From: Macrostomum lignano
Lineage: Eukaryota
DNA: 64,000 bases
Direction: 5' to 3'
Assembly (NCBI GenBank): GCA_002269645.1
Contig: NIVC01000527.1
Span: 62,001-126,000 of the forward strand
The translations under genes were made by a program, and so were the position numbers. Below the pieces are notes generated by a model. The model did no database searches, was not told the origin of the DNA, and saw nothing but the letters and a program-made list of their open reading frames with translations. Of the stretch, positions 40,154-53,115 are shown in pieces; within the stretch, counting starts at the first letter, position 1; each line of letters begins with the position of its first letter.

Positions 40154-40396
40154 CTCTACCTCGTAAAATGCAAGTAGCTACAGGTAATACGCATAATGTG
40201 CGAGGTGTTTTTGAAAGTTTATCAACTTCTATTTGGTAAAGTGTAGCTGAAAATATGCACTTTTTGATGCGGACTAGTTATCGCTAGTCACTGCAAAATT
40301 ATTACTAAATTATCAACCATAAATCATAGCTCGTAAATCATATTTAACAGTATTAAACAGATCTCCGATGGCATCATAAATCTCTTGTAACTTAAC

Positions 40397-40690
40397 TGTC
40401 GAGGGCGCCCAGCGACAGCTGGTTGCTGTTGCCGCGAGTGTCGGTCAGGTGCCGAACTTCCGCGATGTCAGCAGCTCATCTACCTAGATGGTCTATAGTT
40501 CCCAATCCCAACAACGTTCATGAGGCTTGATTGGGCTGCCTTCGTTCTGGGAGGACAGTCCTATACATTCTGAGGCCCTACCTGACTGACAGAGGGTGGC
40601 ATTATTTCAGGCGGTGGTAGAGACTGCAGGCAGCTGCTGTACAACGCTGACTCGTTCGGCTAACGCCTCTGCCCAAAGGTGGGAAGTGTG
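40397..40690 (+). mobile_element. Decayed RTE-like LINE reverse transcriptase C-terminal fragment
   Basis: Broken frames encode EGAQRQL, LPRCQQLIYL, WAAF, SEALPD*QRVALFQAVVET and LLYNADS, resembling the YLG...LLYNAETW end of RTE-type RTs; stops and frameshifts present. Confidence 0.6.
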
Positions 40691-40720
40691 ACGCTGCTTA
40701 ACGAGTCTTAATAACAGCGC

Positions 40721-41633
40721 CAGGAGCGTCGCCAAAGGGGGGGCAGAGGGGGCATGTCCCTCCAGTAAAAGCTATGGGGGACATGCCAATGCTTTGTCCC
40801 TCCCACCCCACCTTTTGTGGACCCGTTGTGGAAATCAATAATTTTGTTTCAGTGCGCTAAAATATAGCATATGTGGCACCAAAATGAGTGCCTGAGGCGC
40901 AAAAATGAATGCATGCGGCGCCGAAATGAGGGATGAGTGCCTGCGGCGCTAAAATGAGTGCCTGCGGCGCTAAGAGCGTAAAATGAATGCATGCGTCGCT
41001 AAAATGAGTGCCTGCGGCGCTAAAATGAGTGCCTGCGGCGCTAAAATGAGTGCCTGCAGCGCCAAAACAAGTGCATGCGTCGCTAAAATGAGTGCCTGCG
41101 GCGCCAAAATGAGTGCCTGCGGCGCCAAAATGAGTGCCTGCGGCGCTAAAATTAGTGCCTGCAGCGCCAAAATGAGTGCCTGCGGCGCCAAAATGAGTGC
41201 CTGCAGCGCCAAAACAAGTGCCTGCGGCGCCAAAATGAGTGCCTGCGGCGCTAAAATGAGTGCCTGCAGCGCCAAAACAAGTGCATGCGTCGCTAAAATG
41301 AGTGCCTGCGGCGCCAAAATGAGTGCCTGCGGCGCCAAAATGAGTGCCTGCGGCGCTAAAATTAGTGCCTGCAGCGCCAAAATGAGTGCCTGCGGCGCCA
41401 AAATGAGTGCCTGCAGCGCCAAAACAAGTGCCTGCGGCGCCAAAATAAGTGCCTGCGGCGCTAAAATGAGTGCCTGCAGCGCCAAAATGAGTGCCTGCGG
41501 CGCCAAAATGAATGCTCACAACACCGATTCTCAAAATGATGTACACGTTGGAATTTAGTTATTTACATGTACACGTAAAGTTCTTGACTTTGACAGACAC
41601 CCCCCCCCCCTAAAATCCACGGTGACGCCCCTG
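40721..41633. mobile_element. hAT-like MITE carrying an internal minisatellite
   Basis: Imperfect TIRs CAGGAGCGTCGCC / GGTGACGCCCCTG with subterminal G/C runs; candidate 8-bp TSD AACAGCGC vs AACAGAGT (6/8). Confidence 0.55.
40865..41515. repeat. 21-bp minisatellite
   Basis: AAAATGAGTGCCTGCGGCGCC tandem. Confidence 0.95.
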
Positions 41634-43186
41634 AACAGAGTATTTTTTGGTTGCCTAGTTCTAGGAATTCCAATTTAACTGCTGTGCGACATCCCCTCGA
41701 TTAATGAGTACCATACAGTAAATAAAACTTAAAAGAACTGGCGAAAGCGAAAATTGAACGAATATTTCTGGCGCAAATCCAGCTGCAACAGAGAGTAGTT
41801 GCCGCGGCAAATATCAATTCTGGCGTGCGTCAAAACAAAAAAGTTATATATATTTGTCTGGTTTTAGTAAACTCCAAGGATAAACAAAAGTGCTAAGCGG
41901 TAAACGCTTGAATATAATTTTCTGATGCACCACCTCACCTCATAAGAGTTGCACGAGAGAAGAAAAACCAAGTGTCAGTGCGGCGTTAGGTAATGTTATA
42001 TAAAAATAAAAAAATTGCATAAAACTGCATAAAAAAGTTTTGATTCCGATTGATCTTTTTTTAAAATATCTGATCTTGTGCATTTGAATAAATACCCTCA
42101 GCAACATGTTAAAGTTACCACCCCAAAACCTAGTGGTCTACAAGAGCCATAACTCCATAAACTGTCTCCTCACCAGCCTGAGCTAAGGCCTTGTGCATCA
42201 TCACCAACCGTTGATGCGTCACTTGGGGTTGAGGTCTGAGAAAAGTTGACCACTGGTTTCGGGGTGGAAACTTTAACATGTTGCTCAGTGCGCATCTCGG
42301 GCAAGAGTCGATTACAGTTAGCCAAGCAATAATGCATTAAAGTGTCACAAAAACCTGGAAAAATAACTACATAGTTCACACAAGCCTTGATAGATTTGGC
42401 TTAGAAAATTTGCACAGCCAGTTAAAGTGCTTTCCCATGAGTTCACAGGAGTTCGGTTGCGCTAGGTAAACTATGAGCTACACACACAACTAAGGGATTT
42501 ATTCTGCTGTTGTACAACATATAGAAATATAAATGTATCGCTATGACTTGGCTGCTGTGCAAGTGTTTGTTTTGATACTACGGGTTGATAAAATAGAAAA
42601 ACTAAAAGCACACTACATGTACTCGTAAAAATATTAAAAAATCTGTCTTCAACGAGTTCGATAATAAGCTTCATCTGAAAGCGGACCTTTTAAACAAAGC
42701 AAACGGTACGTAAAATTGACCGATCGATAGCCACTCACTCTGTCTTCTCTGTTATTCTAAACCGGGACCCGACTGTAGTCATGACCGACTGTAGTCAAGT
42801 CAGGGTATATATATATATACCCTGACTTTTCCTACCCCTGGTGTACAGACTGATCGACCGTTATCTGCTAACCCAACACTTGCCCTGGAATAAAGGGAAC
42901 CAGCCACCCCCTCAGTTTTATTACACAGAACGTACATTTCGACCCATCCGACCCCACACTGGCCGTAGATTTTCTCACCCTCAGTGTACATCTGATCAAC
43001 CCCCCACTGGCCCCAGAATAACGGCTCTTAGTTTTCTTCCCCTGTCTGTACATTAACTTTTAATTAGTTCGCACTTTCAGTTCACACAGCCCTTATTAAA
43101 CAAATAAACGATATCAAGTTAACGCGGTCAGTTGTGAGATGAAACACATCGACACACGAGCTTCGTTGCTCATCGCTTGACAAATT

Positions 43187-46100
43187 CTAACGGGCACCCT
43201 GTTCAAGCTCCATGACGTCCGGCGACTTGACCGGTTCCACGCTGTTTCGACCGTGTCCGGTGCCACTTCCACGGCCATGGCCGGTCATAGGTCTGGGCAG
43301 ACCACCCGTGGCCGGCCGAATCGAGGAATTTGAGGCGCGCAAGTTGGCGGTGGACGGGCCCATCATCATCATTAGCGTGTTTACCTGTTTGGCGTCCGCG
43401 TTCTAAAAAAATTAAGAAAGTACCTGGTAAATTTTGTTTGCTTTGCAAAAACATGGACTTGATATTGGATACTTCGATACATATACTCATAAAATGCAAG
43501 TAATAAACCAAAGCTATAGGATTTATAGTGTAGTTAAAGCCGCAAATATTAATTCTCAATGCATTCCGGATTCCCATTCGCAATATAATCTAATTCAAGG
43601 AAACAAACACAATAGGAACTCTTTAAAGTTTTATCCAGACAAGGATATAAGGCAGAATTTAATGCAAAAAGCAGCCCCGGCAAACTTAGGCGCACATTTT
43701 TGGCCCATTCGACGCCATAGACCTTGGCAACAATTTTCTCCGCCACAAACATGATTAGGGCGATGCCGACGCCAATGCAGAAGAAGATAAAAGCGCCGCC
43801 CAGCGTGTCCAAGCTCAGGCCTGGCGGTGGAATTGGATTGCATGTTATAAAAGAACTTTGATTCAATGAAAAGCATTGAAGAATAACCGACTCAAATCAA
43901 ATCTGGCTCACCTGACGAGGCAGACGAAGTGGCCTGACAGGTAACCTTATCTCGCGACCACCAGTACTGCTTCAGTGTCTCGGTGACGCGATTCTCGTTC
44001 AGAGACAGGATGCTGAAGTTCCAAAGGGGGTGTCACTTTTAGCTTGCCCTAGGCTATAACAAAGTTTGTAACTGCCACATTTTATAGGTAACTAGCTTCT
44101 CTACAGCCACCTCACTCCTTAACAGCCACCACACTCCTTAACAGCCACCTCACTCCTTAACAGCCACCACACTTCTTACCAGCCACCTCACTCCTTAACA
44201 GCCACCACACTCCTTACCAGCCACCTCACTCCTTACCAGCCACCTCATTCCTTATCAGCCACCTCACTCCTTAACAGCCACCTCACTCCTTAACAGCCAC
44301 CTCACTCCTTAACAGCCACCTCACTCCTTAGCAGCCACCTACTCCTGAACAGCCACCTCATTTATTTTTGTATTAAATAATTTCTATCATACATTGACTA
44401 AACAATTTATTGAAAATGCATTTTTTCTGTAGAACACGGTGAAAAGTTTTGAATCCAGCCGCTCCATTAAGGCAATCAACAGACACCAGTTAGGTGGAAA
44501 ACATTGGGTCTGAGTAATTTGAGTCCGGCCCGAAGATTACATTGAAATTCAATACCGTATAACTGCTAATAATGACGAAATGTCAATACAGTCAGCTATT
44601 AGGTTTCGGGTCGCCAACCTGTCATGCGTTACTTGGGGGACGTTTAGCTTATAAGGCAATATGGCGGCAATTCGACAGCCTAATTAACTGGTTGCAATCG
44701 ATTTGGCTCCATCTTGCACAGGGGGTGAAATCCGAGTGATCAGATGAAAAAAATGCATTCTGCACAGACTGATTTTTTGAAACTTTAGTTCTAATATTTT
44801 TATGGGTTTGTGAGCATGTCACTTCAAGTTATTTCCTTAGCGACCAGTTAATGCTTGCACTGCTAAAGTCAACATAATCTTACTGTTGAGCACCAACTCA
44901 CGCGACATTCATCTGTTTGAGCAGTGGCGACTTGTTGCGCAGAGCGATGCCGTAGGGTCTCGGCGCGAACGGGTCTCCGACAGTCATAAAGTCGCAGGTC
45001 TTGGCCGTGTAATATTTCACCAGCGAGCTCTCCAGGAAGATGGCGATGTTCTCTTTTCGGACTCGGTCGAGCGCCTGCTCTGTGCTGGTGGCGAAGCCCC
45101 ACTTGGTCATGCGGTTCCACACGGTGGTGTACCGTTCGATCACCGGGTACTTCCAGGTGACCAGGGAGGCCAGCTGGTCGACGGTCTCCTCCGTGCCGAT
45201 GCCGCTGGTCAGCCAGTAGTTGTACAGGTTGGCCTCGGCATCCTTCATTCGCATGAAATGCTCGTAGGAGGCGGTGTCCTTGATCACGGTGTACTTCATA
45301 GCCACCTGGGTGGTCAGCTCGTCGAAACTCTGCGGTGGCTGAGACAGCTTGTCCACCGTCAGCTGGGCGGCGAGGTTGGCGGTGTAGAGCGACATCATGA
45401 GGTAGCCGAACAGCCAGAAGCCCACAATGATGGTGCGGCAGGACATCGAGCGGGGATCGAAGCTCTCGCCAGCCTGGGTGTAGGCGCCAAGCACGTACCA
45501 GAGCGACTCCTTCACGGTGAACACCTTGCCCTCCGCCTCGCCCTCGCGGATTTGATCGTTCCGGTAGCGGTTTTGGAAGGAGAACGGGCTCACCCTGCAA
45601 TGGCGGGGTTTGTTAAGCTGAGTGATTGTAACAGGTTGCCCTTTAGAAGATAATAAATAAAGAGAAAGAGAGAACGTACTCACTTGTCAACAAAGAAAAT
45701 GAGAAAACCGGTGAAGGTGATGATGGCAATGATGCTAACCCACACGTCCCAGGTGAACGCTTTGAGGAAGAAAGTCTGGTCGCCCTTGGAGCTGGTCGGC
45801 TGTAGCAGCAGAATCTGCAGCGACACGTAGTCGTAGATTGGCACAGTGAAGTCGGCTATCTGCTCGCGCTGTGCCGTCACCGTGATGGGACCGATGGCCA
45901 TGTCTGCGACCTGCGTTTTGTTTTTGTATATTTAATTACTGACCGAGCTCACAGTACAGTCAGTTAGCCTCAGTCAAGTCAGGCCCTAATTGCTTCTCAC
46001 CCCACTGGCGAGGGCGCCCATCATGCCATTCCAGGTGCCATCTGACTGCAGAGTGCCGTAGATGCCGTCAGTCTGCTCAACCAGGGTGTAATTGAAGTTC

Positions 46101-48353
46101 ATGTTGGTGGCTAAGTTCTTCAGCATGTCGATGCTGTAGCCTTCGAATGTGCCGTCAGCCTTCTTGATCACGAATGGCGGATCCTGTCAGTGCGTGATGA
46201 AGTCGTTACAAATAAATGGTGAAAATATACGTAGAGCATTACAAACTTTGCTGTGTGCGGCTCTCTTACGTGAGTTAGTCGGACAATCAGATTGCGGATG
46301 GTCATGTAGCTGAGAGAGATGGTTGACACTGAGCCGGCCAAGCCAGCCGCCTTGGTCCAGGTGCCGATCTGCCCGAGACAGAAATTTATTGTTATCGAGA
46401 AAAGCGATGCTGTTTTCAACACAAGTTACATAAGAATGAGAAAATCTCTCAGCTCACATTGTTCACAGTGGGGCCGGGGTAAACAATCTGGGCGATCTTG
46501 AATGTCGTGTCAGTGTTCTTCAGCGTATTGGCGAACGCTACGTTACCCATAACGCTGGAGAAGCTCGGCAACTGTAAATTTGTTCAGGATAGTTCATGCA
46601 TGTTAATACGGTATGAATAAACGAGATTGCCGAAATGACTGGAATAGCACGAAGCGTCGCTCACAGCCTTCAGCTTAGCAGTGTAGTCGTTGTAGCGCAC
46701 AGGCGTGGACGGGCTGTACGCCCCGCTGCACACCAGCCAGTTGGTGGCGTTGCCGAAAGACCCGGCATCAGTCTGAGCCTTGATCACTCGGCCCATAGTC
46801 TCGGCCGCCTCGTAGGCGAATAATACGTCGACCTTGCGACTCTCGGCCACCGCAACGCCCGTGGCCGACTGCACCGCAGTGAACACCGCCGTAGCCCGAG
46901 TTGCATCCGCTGCCGTCTGTCGGAAGAAGAACAGACTGGAGCCGGAGCCGCAGCCGGAGCAGGAGAAATCCTGCAAGTCCTTGGTGACTACGAACCAGTG
47001 ATAGATGCCGCCCATGAGCGACTTCACTCCGGCCTGCTGCACAACCATGGCCGCGTTCGACACAGAAGAGGCGACCACAAAGTCGGCAATGCGCAGAGTC
47101 TTGGCTTCGTCTAGCAGAGTGGCCACTTCAACAGCTGTGGTAGGGATTTTGCGCAGGTAGATTGGCGGATACCAGCTGTAGTCCTCGTAGGGCAGGATGG
47201 AGCCCGCGTCTGTGTTTTTGGTGGCAGATGGTTTAGTAGGCAAACTATTACAAGCACGGTTTTTGTAGAAAGCAGTACAAACTAGAAAACAGGCAATCTT
47301 ACCGAATGAAGCATCATACAGCACCATGATGCCATCGCGGGTAGCATTGTCCCTTAGCAGCAGGGCTGCCACAGCTCGCATGTAGTTCCTAGGCGATGGG
47401 TGAACGTTCGGCACATCGTTCGTGAGCTCCATGGAGGCCCTAATAATTGGCGCGTCAAGATTTCTGGCTAGATCCTCAACGCAGGACGGCCGGGCGGTGA
47501 AGTCAAGGATGCCATCGATCCACAGCAGGTGCTCGTTACCTGTCTTGCAAACTGCGGTAGGTATTCAGAAATTAAGGTGAAACTGCTGCTTGATTTATTT
47601 CACTGCATGTTAGAGCATCTACTTCGAAGTAAATGAGATTTCAGGCACAGAAGTGCTTTGATTTAGACTGTGGAAGGTACACTTGTCGGCGCTTCAGTCT
47701 ATTCGTCGGATGTGTGCTCAATGGTGTGCACGGTTGAGTAGCAGCGGTAGCGCGCCTGACTCTCGTGCCAAAGTACCCCGAGTTCGATTCCACAGTAACT
47801 AGGGGTTTTGACGCGGAAATTTTGTCGCGTACTTCACGGATTGTGAGGCCAAACCCAAATATCAGAGCATTGCACATGCCTGAGAAAGTCAGGGCCGCTG
47901 TACACGCAGCACGTATTCGTATGCAAGGGGGATCGTTACCGTGCAATGCGGCAACACCTCGCGAATGGAGTCTCCAGTAACTCACCAGTCTGGAACAGCG
48001 ACTCAGAGCCGGATTGCACAGCCGTCACGTTGATGGTCTTCCCGGCTGGCAGGACAGCGCTGGGCGTGCCGGCGTTCAGATCGGCGATCGCCTTCTGCGC
48101 CGCGGCCAGCAGGTCGCGATTCTGGGCATCGTAGACCGCCACTAAAATTGAGGGACACGTGCGCGTTGGAGATATTCAGGACGTTAAATCATTCTAAGCA
48201 TACGGTGATTAATTTACTAGCAGTTAGTCAGCAACAGAATGTTTCGAAGAACTCACGGAAATAGTAGGTGTTGCCGATCATGCCGAATGACTGCTGGCCC
48301 ATAACTAGCAGAAGCAGCAGAAGAAAGTTGAAGTGCTGCTTCTTGGGTGACAT
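43187..48353 (-). CDS. Ir25a: Ionotropic receptor, IR25a/IR8a-like co-receptor clade of iGluRs, about 939 aa
   Basis: Exons (minus): 48353-48257, 48141-47986, 47551-47303, 47209-46623, 46571-46485, 46368-46270, 46183-46001, 45910-45684, 45594-44902, 44012-43912, 43820-43696, 43402-43187; the donors at 46622 and 46484 are the least certain. Signal peptide, ATD, S1 (GPITVTAQRE, FTVPIYDY), M1-M3 (YTANLAA), S2 with the insertion LVTWKYPVIERYTTVWNRM resembling IR25a LAVWDYPV..KY..MW..M, and M4. Confidence 0.85.
44102..44362. repeat. 19-bp minisatellite
   Basis: CAGCCACCTCACTCCTTAA tandem in a receptor intron. Confidence 0.93.
47726..47800 (+). mobile_element. tRNA-derived (SINE-head-like) Pol III promoter remnant
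   Basis: A-box-like GAGTAGCAGCGG and B box GAGTTCGATTCC at tRNA-like spacing; no complete acceptor stem. Confidence 0.4.
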
Positions 48354-49689
48354 GCTGATTGTGGCTTTGGATCTCAACAGGAAGGGGCGCGTACTACTTG
48401 GCTGGTCTGGTTTGAACTGAGCATCCGGGTTTTATATCCAGTCCAGTTCGAGCTCACTCAGATTTTTCCCAACCTCCCCTCCTCTTCTCCTTAAAAACTT
48501 TCCTCGCCACTCCCCGATCAGCAGAATGGTTGCCGGGGCAACGCCAGCCAATGGGAGTTAAGAATGTAAAAAAACAATCCCAAAGCAAACTAGGGCTCTC
48601 GGGGGGCAGAGGGCGGAGGCGGGGACAGCAGGATAGGTTTTGACATTTCGCGTCGGGCGTCACCCGAGCAGGGAGCCTCGTGTAGCCTTTCTCTGAGTTT
48701 CCAATTCTCACTTCGCTCCGGAGCAGCGGGAACCGGAGAGAGCAAATTGCTGCTCTTTTCTCCGGCGGGGCGCGACCCCACTTTGCTAGCCCGAAGGAGT
48801 GAAGACGCGGTGCGGCCGGATGGCCAGATCGGGGAGTGCCGCAGCGATGGGATGGGGAGATGGGAAGAGAGAGAAAAAGGCCCGCTAGCTGCATCGGTGC
48901 AAGAGTCTGTCGATCGTATCCAGTTACTATTTGTGCCAAGATTTGCATGGATCTTGCAGCAGGGATGGCATAAATTCTCTCCCCCCCCCCAACCCAGGTA
49001 TTGATCCCGTCCCCATCCTGATCCCCGTGGCTCTTCTTTCTCAGCTTGCTTACCTCTCGGCTGATGTTTTCCATCTCCCAGTCCCACAGGAATTGGGAAT
49101 TTTTCTCCTCATCCATTTCGGCCAAAAGCATGCAGCGCCCCGCGACTCTGCATGAATTTTTTTGTAATCCACGAGGGGTTCGAAAGACGCACTAGTCGCA
49201 GCAGACGCATTTATCCGCCCTGAGACTGGCGAAGAAGCCGGGATTACTTTCTCTCAGCATTTCTGTCAATAAAAAATAATGGAGACTCAAGGAGGAGGAG
49301 GAAGAGACGGGACTTTGTTAGCGGAGGCGATGAGAGACCGGAGGGCAGGACGGCCGGATCGAATAGCCCCGAGTAATTTATAATACTGCTCGAAACACTG
49401 GGAATCGGGGAGTGGCGTCGCAGGAAGAGCGCCAGTTCAGTCTGAAGTGGAGCGGCTAAGCAGCTGCCGCTAACGCTATAAAGCTTTTAAGCGACTATCC
49501 ATAAGCCACTACGAGACCTGTCACCCCTCACCTACCGGGAATTAGAATTGATTAGCTCAAACGGCTCAGACGGTGCGATTCGTATCTTAATTTCTAGAAT
49601 GTATAAATACTAAATTATGTATCATAAAATGAAAGCTAACTGAAATAAAAATAGGTGGGTGTACGTGTACATTGTACACAACTTACACA

Positions 49690-49925
49690 AGTGAGGCTGT
49701 CGATTGCGTAGGTGTACATAAGGGGGCTGAGAATCGCGTAGGTGTACATAAGAGGCTGTGGATTGTGTGTGTACATAAGGGGCTGTGGATTGCGTAGGCG
49801 TACATAAGGGGCTGTGGATTGCGTAGGCGTACATAAGGGGCTGTGGATTGCGTAGGCGTACGTAAGGGGCTGTGGATTGCGTAGGCGTACGTAAGGGACT
49901 GTGGATTGCGTAGGCGTACGTACGC
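49690..49925. repeat. 29-bp minisatellite
   Basis: GTACATAAGGGGCTGTGGATTGCGTAGGC tandem. Confidence 0.92.
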
Positions 49926-50989
49926 GAAGGGCTATAAGTTGCGATGTAAGGGAGACACAAGGGAGACTGAGACACGGTGAGACCGGTTATCGATTTTCCA
50001 ATTGTGCCAGTTTTTATTTCATATAGAAAATTGGCTAAGTGACAACAGAGAGAAATAAAAGTAAAGCTCGCCAGACCGCTCCGACCAAAAGTTTTCAGGT
50101 GAGGGCAGGTAGAAACGATTAGTTTTAAGGCTAGAAAATCGGCTATTGAATCAAATCAATCCACAATTTATTGTGATTTAATAATTACTTTGACACTGTC
50201 AGCGTTGAGAATTGTTTTTAGTTTCAAGAAAGCTGCAGGTCCGAGTACGACCAAAGGTGAAATTTAACAGTTTTTGAAACGCAACTACTTCTTTCAGTAG
50301 CGTGCTGGGGCAAACAAAACGCTGGGGGTCAGATGTCTAGAAAACTGAGGGAAAAAGCACCACAACAGACAGCCGAGGACGAGAACACAGGCGGAGCAGC
50401 GAGACAGCCGCGCCGCCGCCGCCCGCGTGAACAGAGGGAAAAAGCTGGATAAAAAACGTTAAGATAAAAAGACAAAGCAGGCAAAAAGTTCTAAGAGAGC
50501 AAAAAACGCAAACAACAAACTTGAGTCTGCAGAGAGTAAAGTGAGAAGTCAGTATTGAAGTACTAGGCTGCATACGAGCTATTTGGTAGGATAAATTAAT
50601 CAGCTGGGGTAAAAATGTGAAAGCGGCACCGCTAGCACAGGTAAGAGACGGAGGTGCTGGGGCGACAGCAGCGCAAAAAAGCCTGTATCGATTACTGTTT
50701 ATTGAGTAGCAAATTTGAACATAAAAACTGCCATTCAATATGGCGACAGGCCGCTTGCGTTTTACTAAAGAAAACCGGGCGCATCTAAAGGCAACTTGAG
50801 ACTGCATAACAATTGACAATGATCTACGCACAATGAAACAGTGCTCACAGACGGTGCGCAGATGGACATACAGATCACAATAAATATATGAGATACGGGA
50901 ACGGAATGCAGAGAAGAATGTTGCACAATTATGGAGAATAATTACTTTTGTAGAATTCAAACCAACGAATTCTATGCAAGTGTCTGTGA

Positions 50990-51492
50990 GGCTGGCCCAG
51001 CAACTGAGGATCTGGGAGGCTGGCCCAGCAACTGAGGATCTGGGAGGCTGGCCCAGCAACTGAGGATCTGGGAGGCTGGCACAGCAACTGAGGATCTGGG
51101 AGGCTGGCACAGCAACTGAGGATCTGGGACGCTGGCCCAGCAACTGAGGATCTGGGAGGCTGGCCCAGCAACTGAGGATCTGGGAGGCTGGCCCAGCAAC
51201 TGAGGATCTGGGAGGTTGGCCCAGCAACTGAGGATCTGGGAGGCTGGCACAGCAACTGAGGATCTGGGAGGCTGGCCCAGCAACTGAGGATCTGGGAGGC
51301 TGGCCCAGCAACTGAGGATCTGGGAGGCTGGCCCAGCAACTGAGGATCTGGGAGGCTGGCACAGCAACTGAGGATCTGGGAGGCTGGCCCAGCAACTGAG
51401 GATCTGGGAGGCTGGCCCAGCAACTGAGGATCTGGGAGGCTGGCCCAGCAACTGAGGATCTGGGAGGCTGGCCCAGCAGCTGAGGATCTGGG
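50990..51492. repeat. 28-bp minisatellite, block 1
   Basis: GGCTGGCCCAGCAACTGAGGATCTGGGA tandem. Confidence 0.95.
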
Positions 51493-51954
51493 TGTGGTTC
51501 TGGAGATGGAGTTTGGGGAGGCTGCAGCATAAATGCCAGAACACGAGCTTTCAGAATCTAAGGTAACAAATTCAATGGTTTGAATTGAAAACTCAATTAA
51601 AGAAGTTCGATTTTGAAGTTTTAAAAACTAAAACAAAAGCAGACAAAATTTAAAGACGCAAAAGGCAAAGAAAAATCGAACACAAAGCCAGCTTAAAACT
51701 CTATTCTATTATAAGACACTGAGGCTTTGAGAAGTAGCGAGCTGAGCTTGGACACACTGTTGATTATATTGTATAAAATGTGTAAATTTTCAACTGCATG
51801 GATGTGCTTGCACATGGACAGATATTTACATAACACAAGCGTTTAAAGTAGTCTTTGAGTAAAGAAAATTGGTAAGTACGGAAAATCAAGTTGCTACACA
51901 TACTGCTTCCGCTTGCTCAGATTCTCATTTCATCTGCAGGGGAGCGACCGAGCG

Positions 51955-53115
51955 CTGAGGATCTGGGAGAGGGGCGGTGGCCCAGCAACTGAGAATCTGG
52001 GAGAGGGGCGGTGGCCCAGCAACTGAGGATCTGGGAGAGGGGCGGTGGCCCAGCAGCTGAGGATGTGGGAGGCTGGCCCAGCAGCTGAGGATCTGGGAGG
52101 CTGGCCCAGCAACTGAGGATCTGGGAGAGGGGCGGTGGCCCAGCAACTGAGGATGTGGGAGGCTGGCCCAGCAGCTGAGGATCTGGGAGGCTGGCCCAGC
52201 AGCTGAGGATTTGGGAGGCTGGCCCAGCAACTGAGGATCTGGGAGGCTGGCACAGCAGCTGAGGATCTGGGAGGCTGGCCCAGCAGCTGAGGATCTGGGA
52301 GGCTGGCCCAGTAACTGACACTCTGGGAGGCTGGCCCAGCAGCTGAGGATCTGGGAGGCTGGCCCAGCAGCTGAGGATCTGGGAGGCTGGCCCAGCAGCT
52401 GAGGATCTGGGAGGCTGGCCCAGCAGCTGAGGATCTGGGAGGCTGGCCCAGCAACTGAGGATCTGGGAGAGGGGCGGTGGCCCAGCAACTGAGGATCTGG
52501 GAGAGGGGCGGTGGCCCAGCAGCTGAGGATCTGGGAGAGGGGCGGTGGCCCAGCAACTGAGGATCTGGGAGGCTGGCCCAGCAACTGAGGATCTGGGAGG
52601 CTGGCCCAGCAGCTGAGGATCTGGGAGGCTGGCCCAGCAGCTGAGGATCTGGGAGGCTGGCCCAGCAGCTGAGGATCTGGGAGAGGGGCGGTGGCCCAGC
52701 AACTGAGGATCTGGAAGGCTGGCCCAGCAACTGAGGATCTGGGAGGCTGGCCCAGCAGCTGAGGATCTGGGAGGCTGGCCCAGCAGCTGAGGATCTGGGA
52801 GGCTGGCCCAGCAGCTGAGGATCTGGGAGAGGGGCGGTGGCCCAGCAACTGAGGATCTGGAAGGCTGGCCCAGCAACTGAGGATCTGGGAGGCTGGCCCA
52901 GCAGCTGAGGATCTGGGAGGCTGGCCCAGCAGCTGAGGATCTGGGAGGCTGGCCCAGCAACTGAGGATCTGGGAGAGGGGCGGTGGCCCAGCAACTGAGG
53001 ATCTGGAAGGCTGGCCCAGCAACTGAGGATCTGGGAGGCTGGCCCAGCAGCTGAGGATCTGGGAGGCTGGCCCAGCAGCTGAGGATCTGGGAGGCTGGCC
53101 AAGCAACTGGGAATC
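51955..53115. repeat. 28-bp minisatellite, block 2 (with GAGGGGCGGT variants)
   Basis: Same unit family as block 1, separated by a ~460-bp AT-rich spacer. Confidence 0.95.

Noticed and set aside
43912-43920. CTGACGA motif
   Set aside because: Antisense of a receptor coding exon; no ribozyme structure.
48454-49155. GC-rich ORFs upstream of the receptor
   Set aside because: No recognisable protein; better explained as 5' UTR/promoter (candidate UTR intron 48373-48457).
50929-50990. Possible terminal exon HLHRIRWFEFYK on the minus strand
   Set aside because: No connectable upstream exons or recognisable homology.
50990-53115. CTGAGGA in the 28-bp repeat as hammerhead cores; long repeat ORFs
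   Set aside because: No stem II followed by GAAA and a cleavage triplet; the ORFs are repeat translations.
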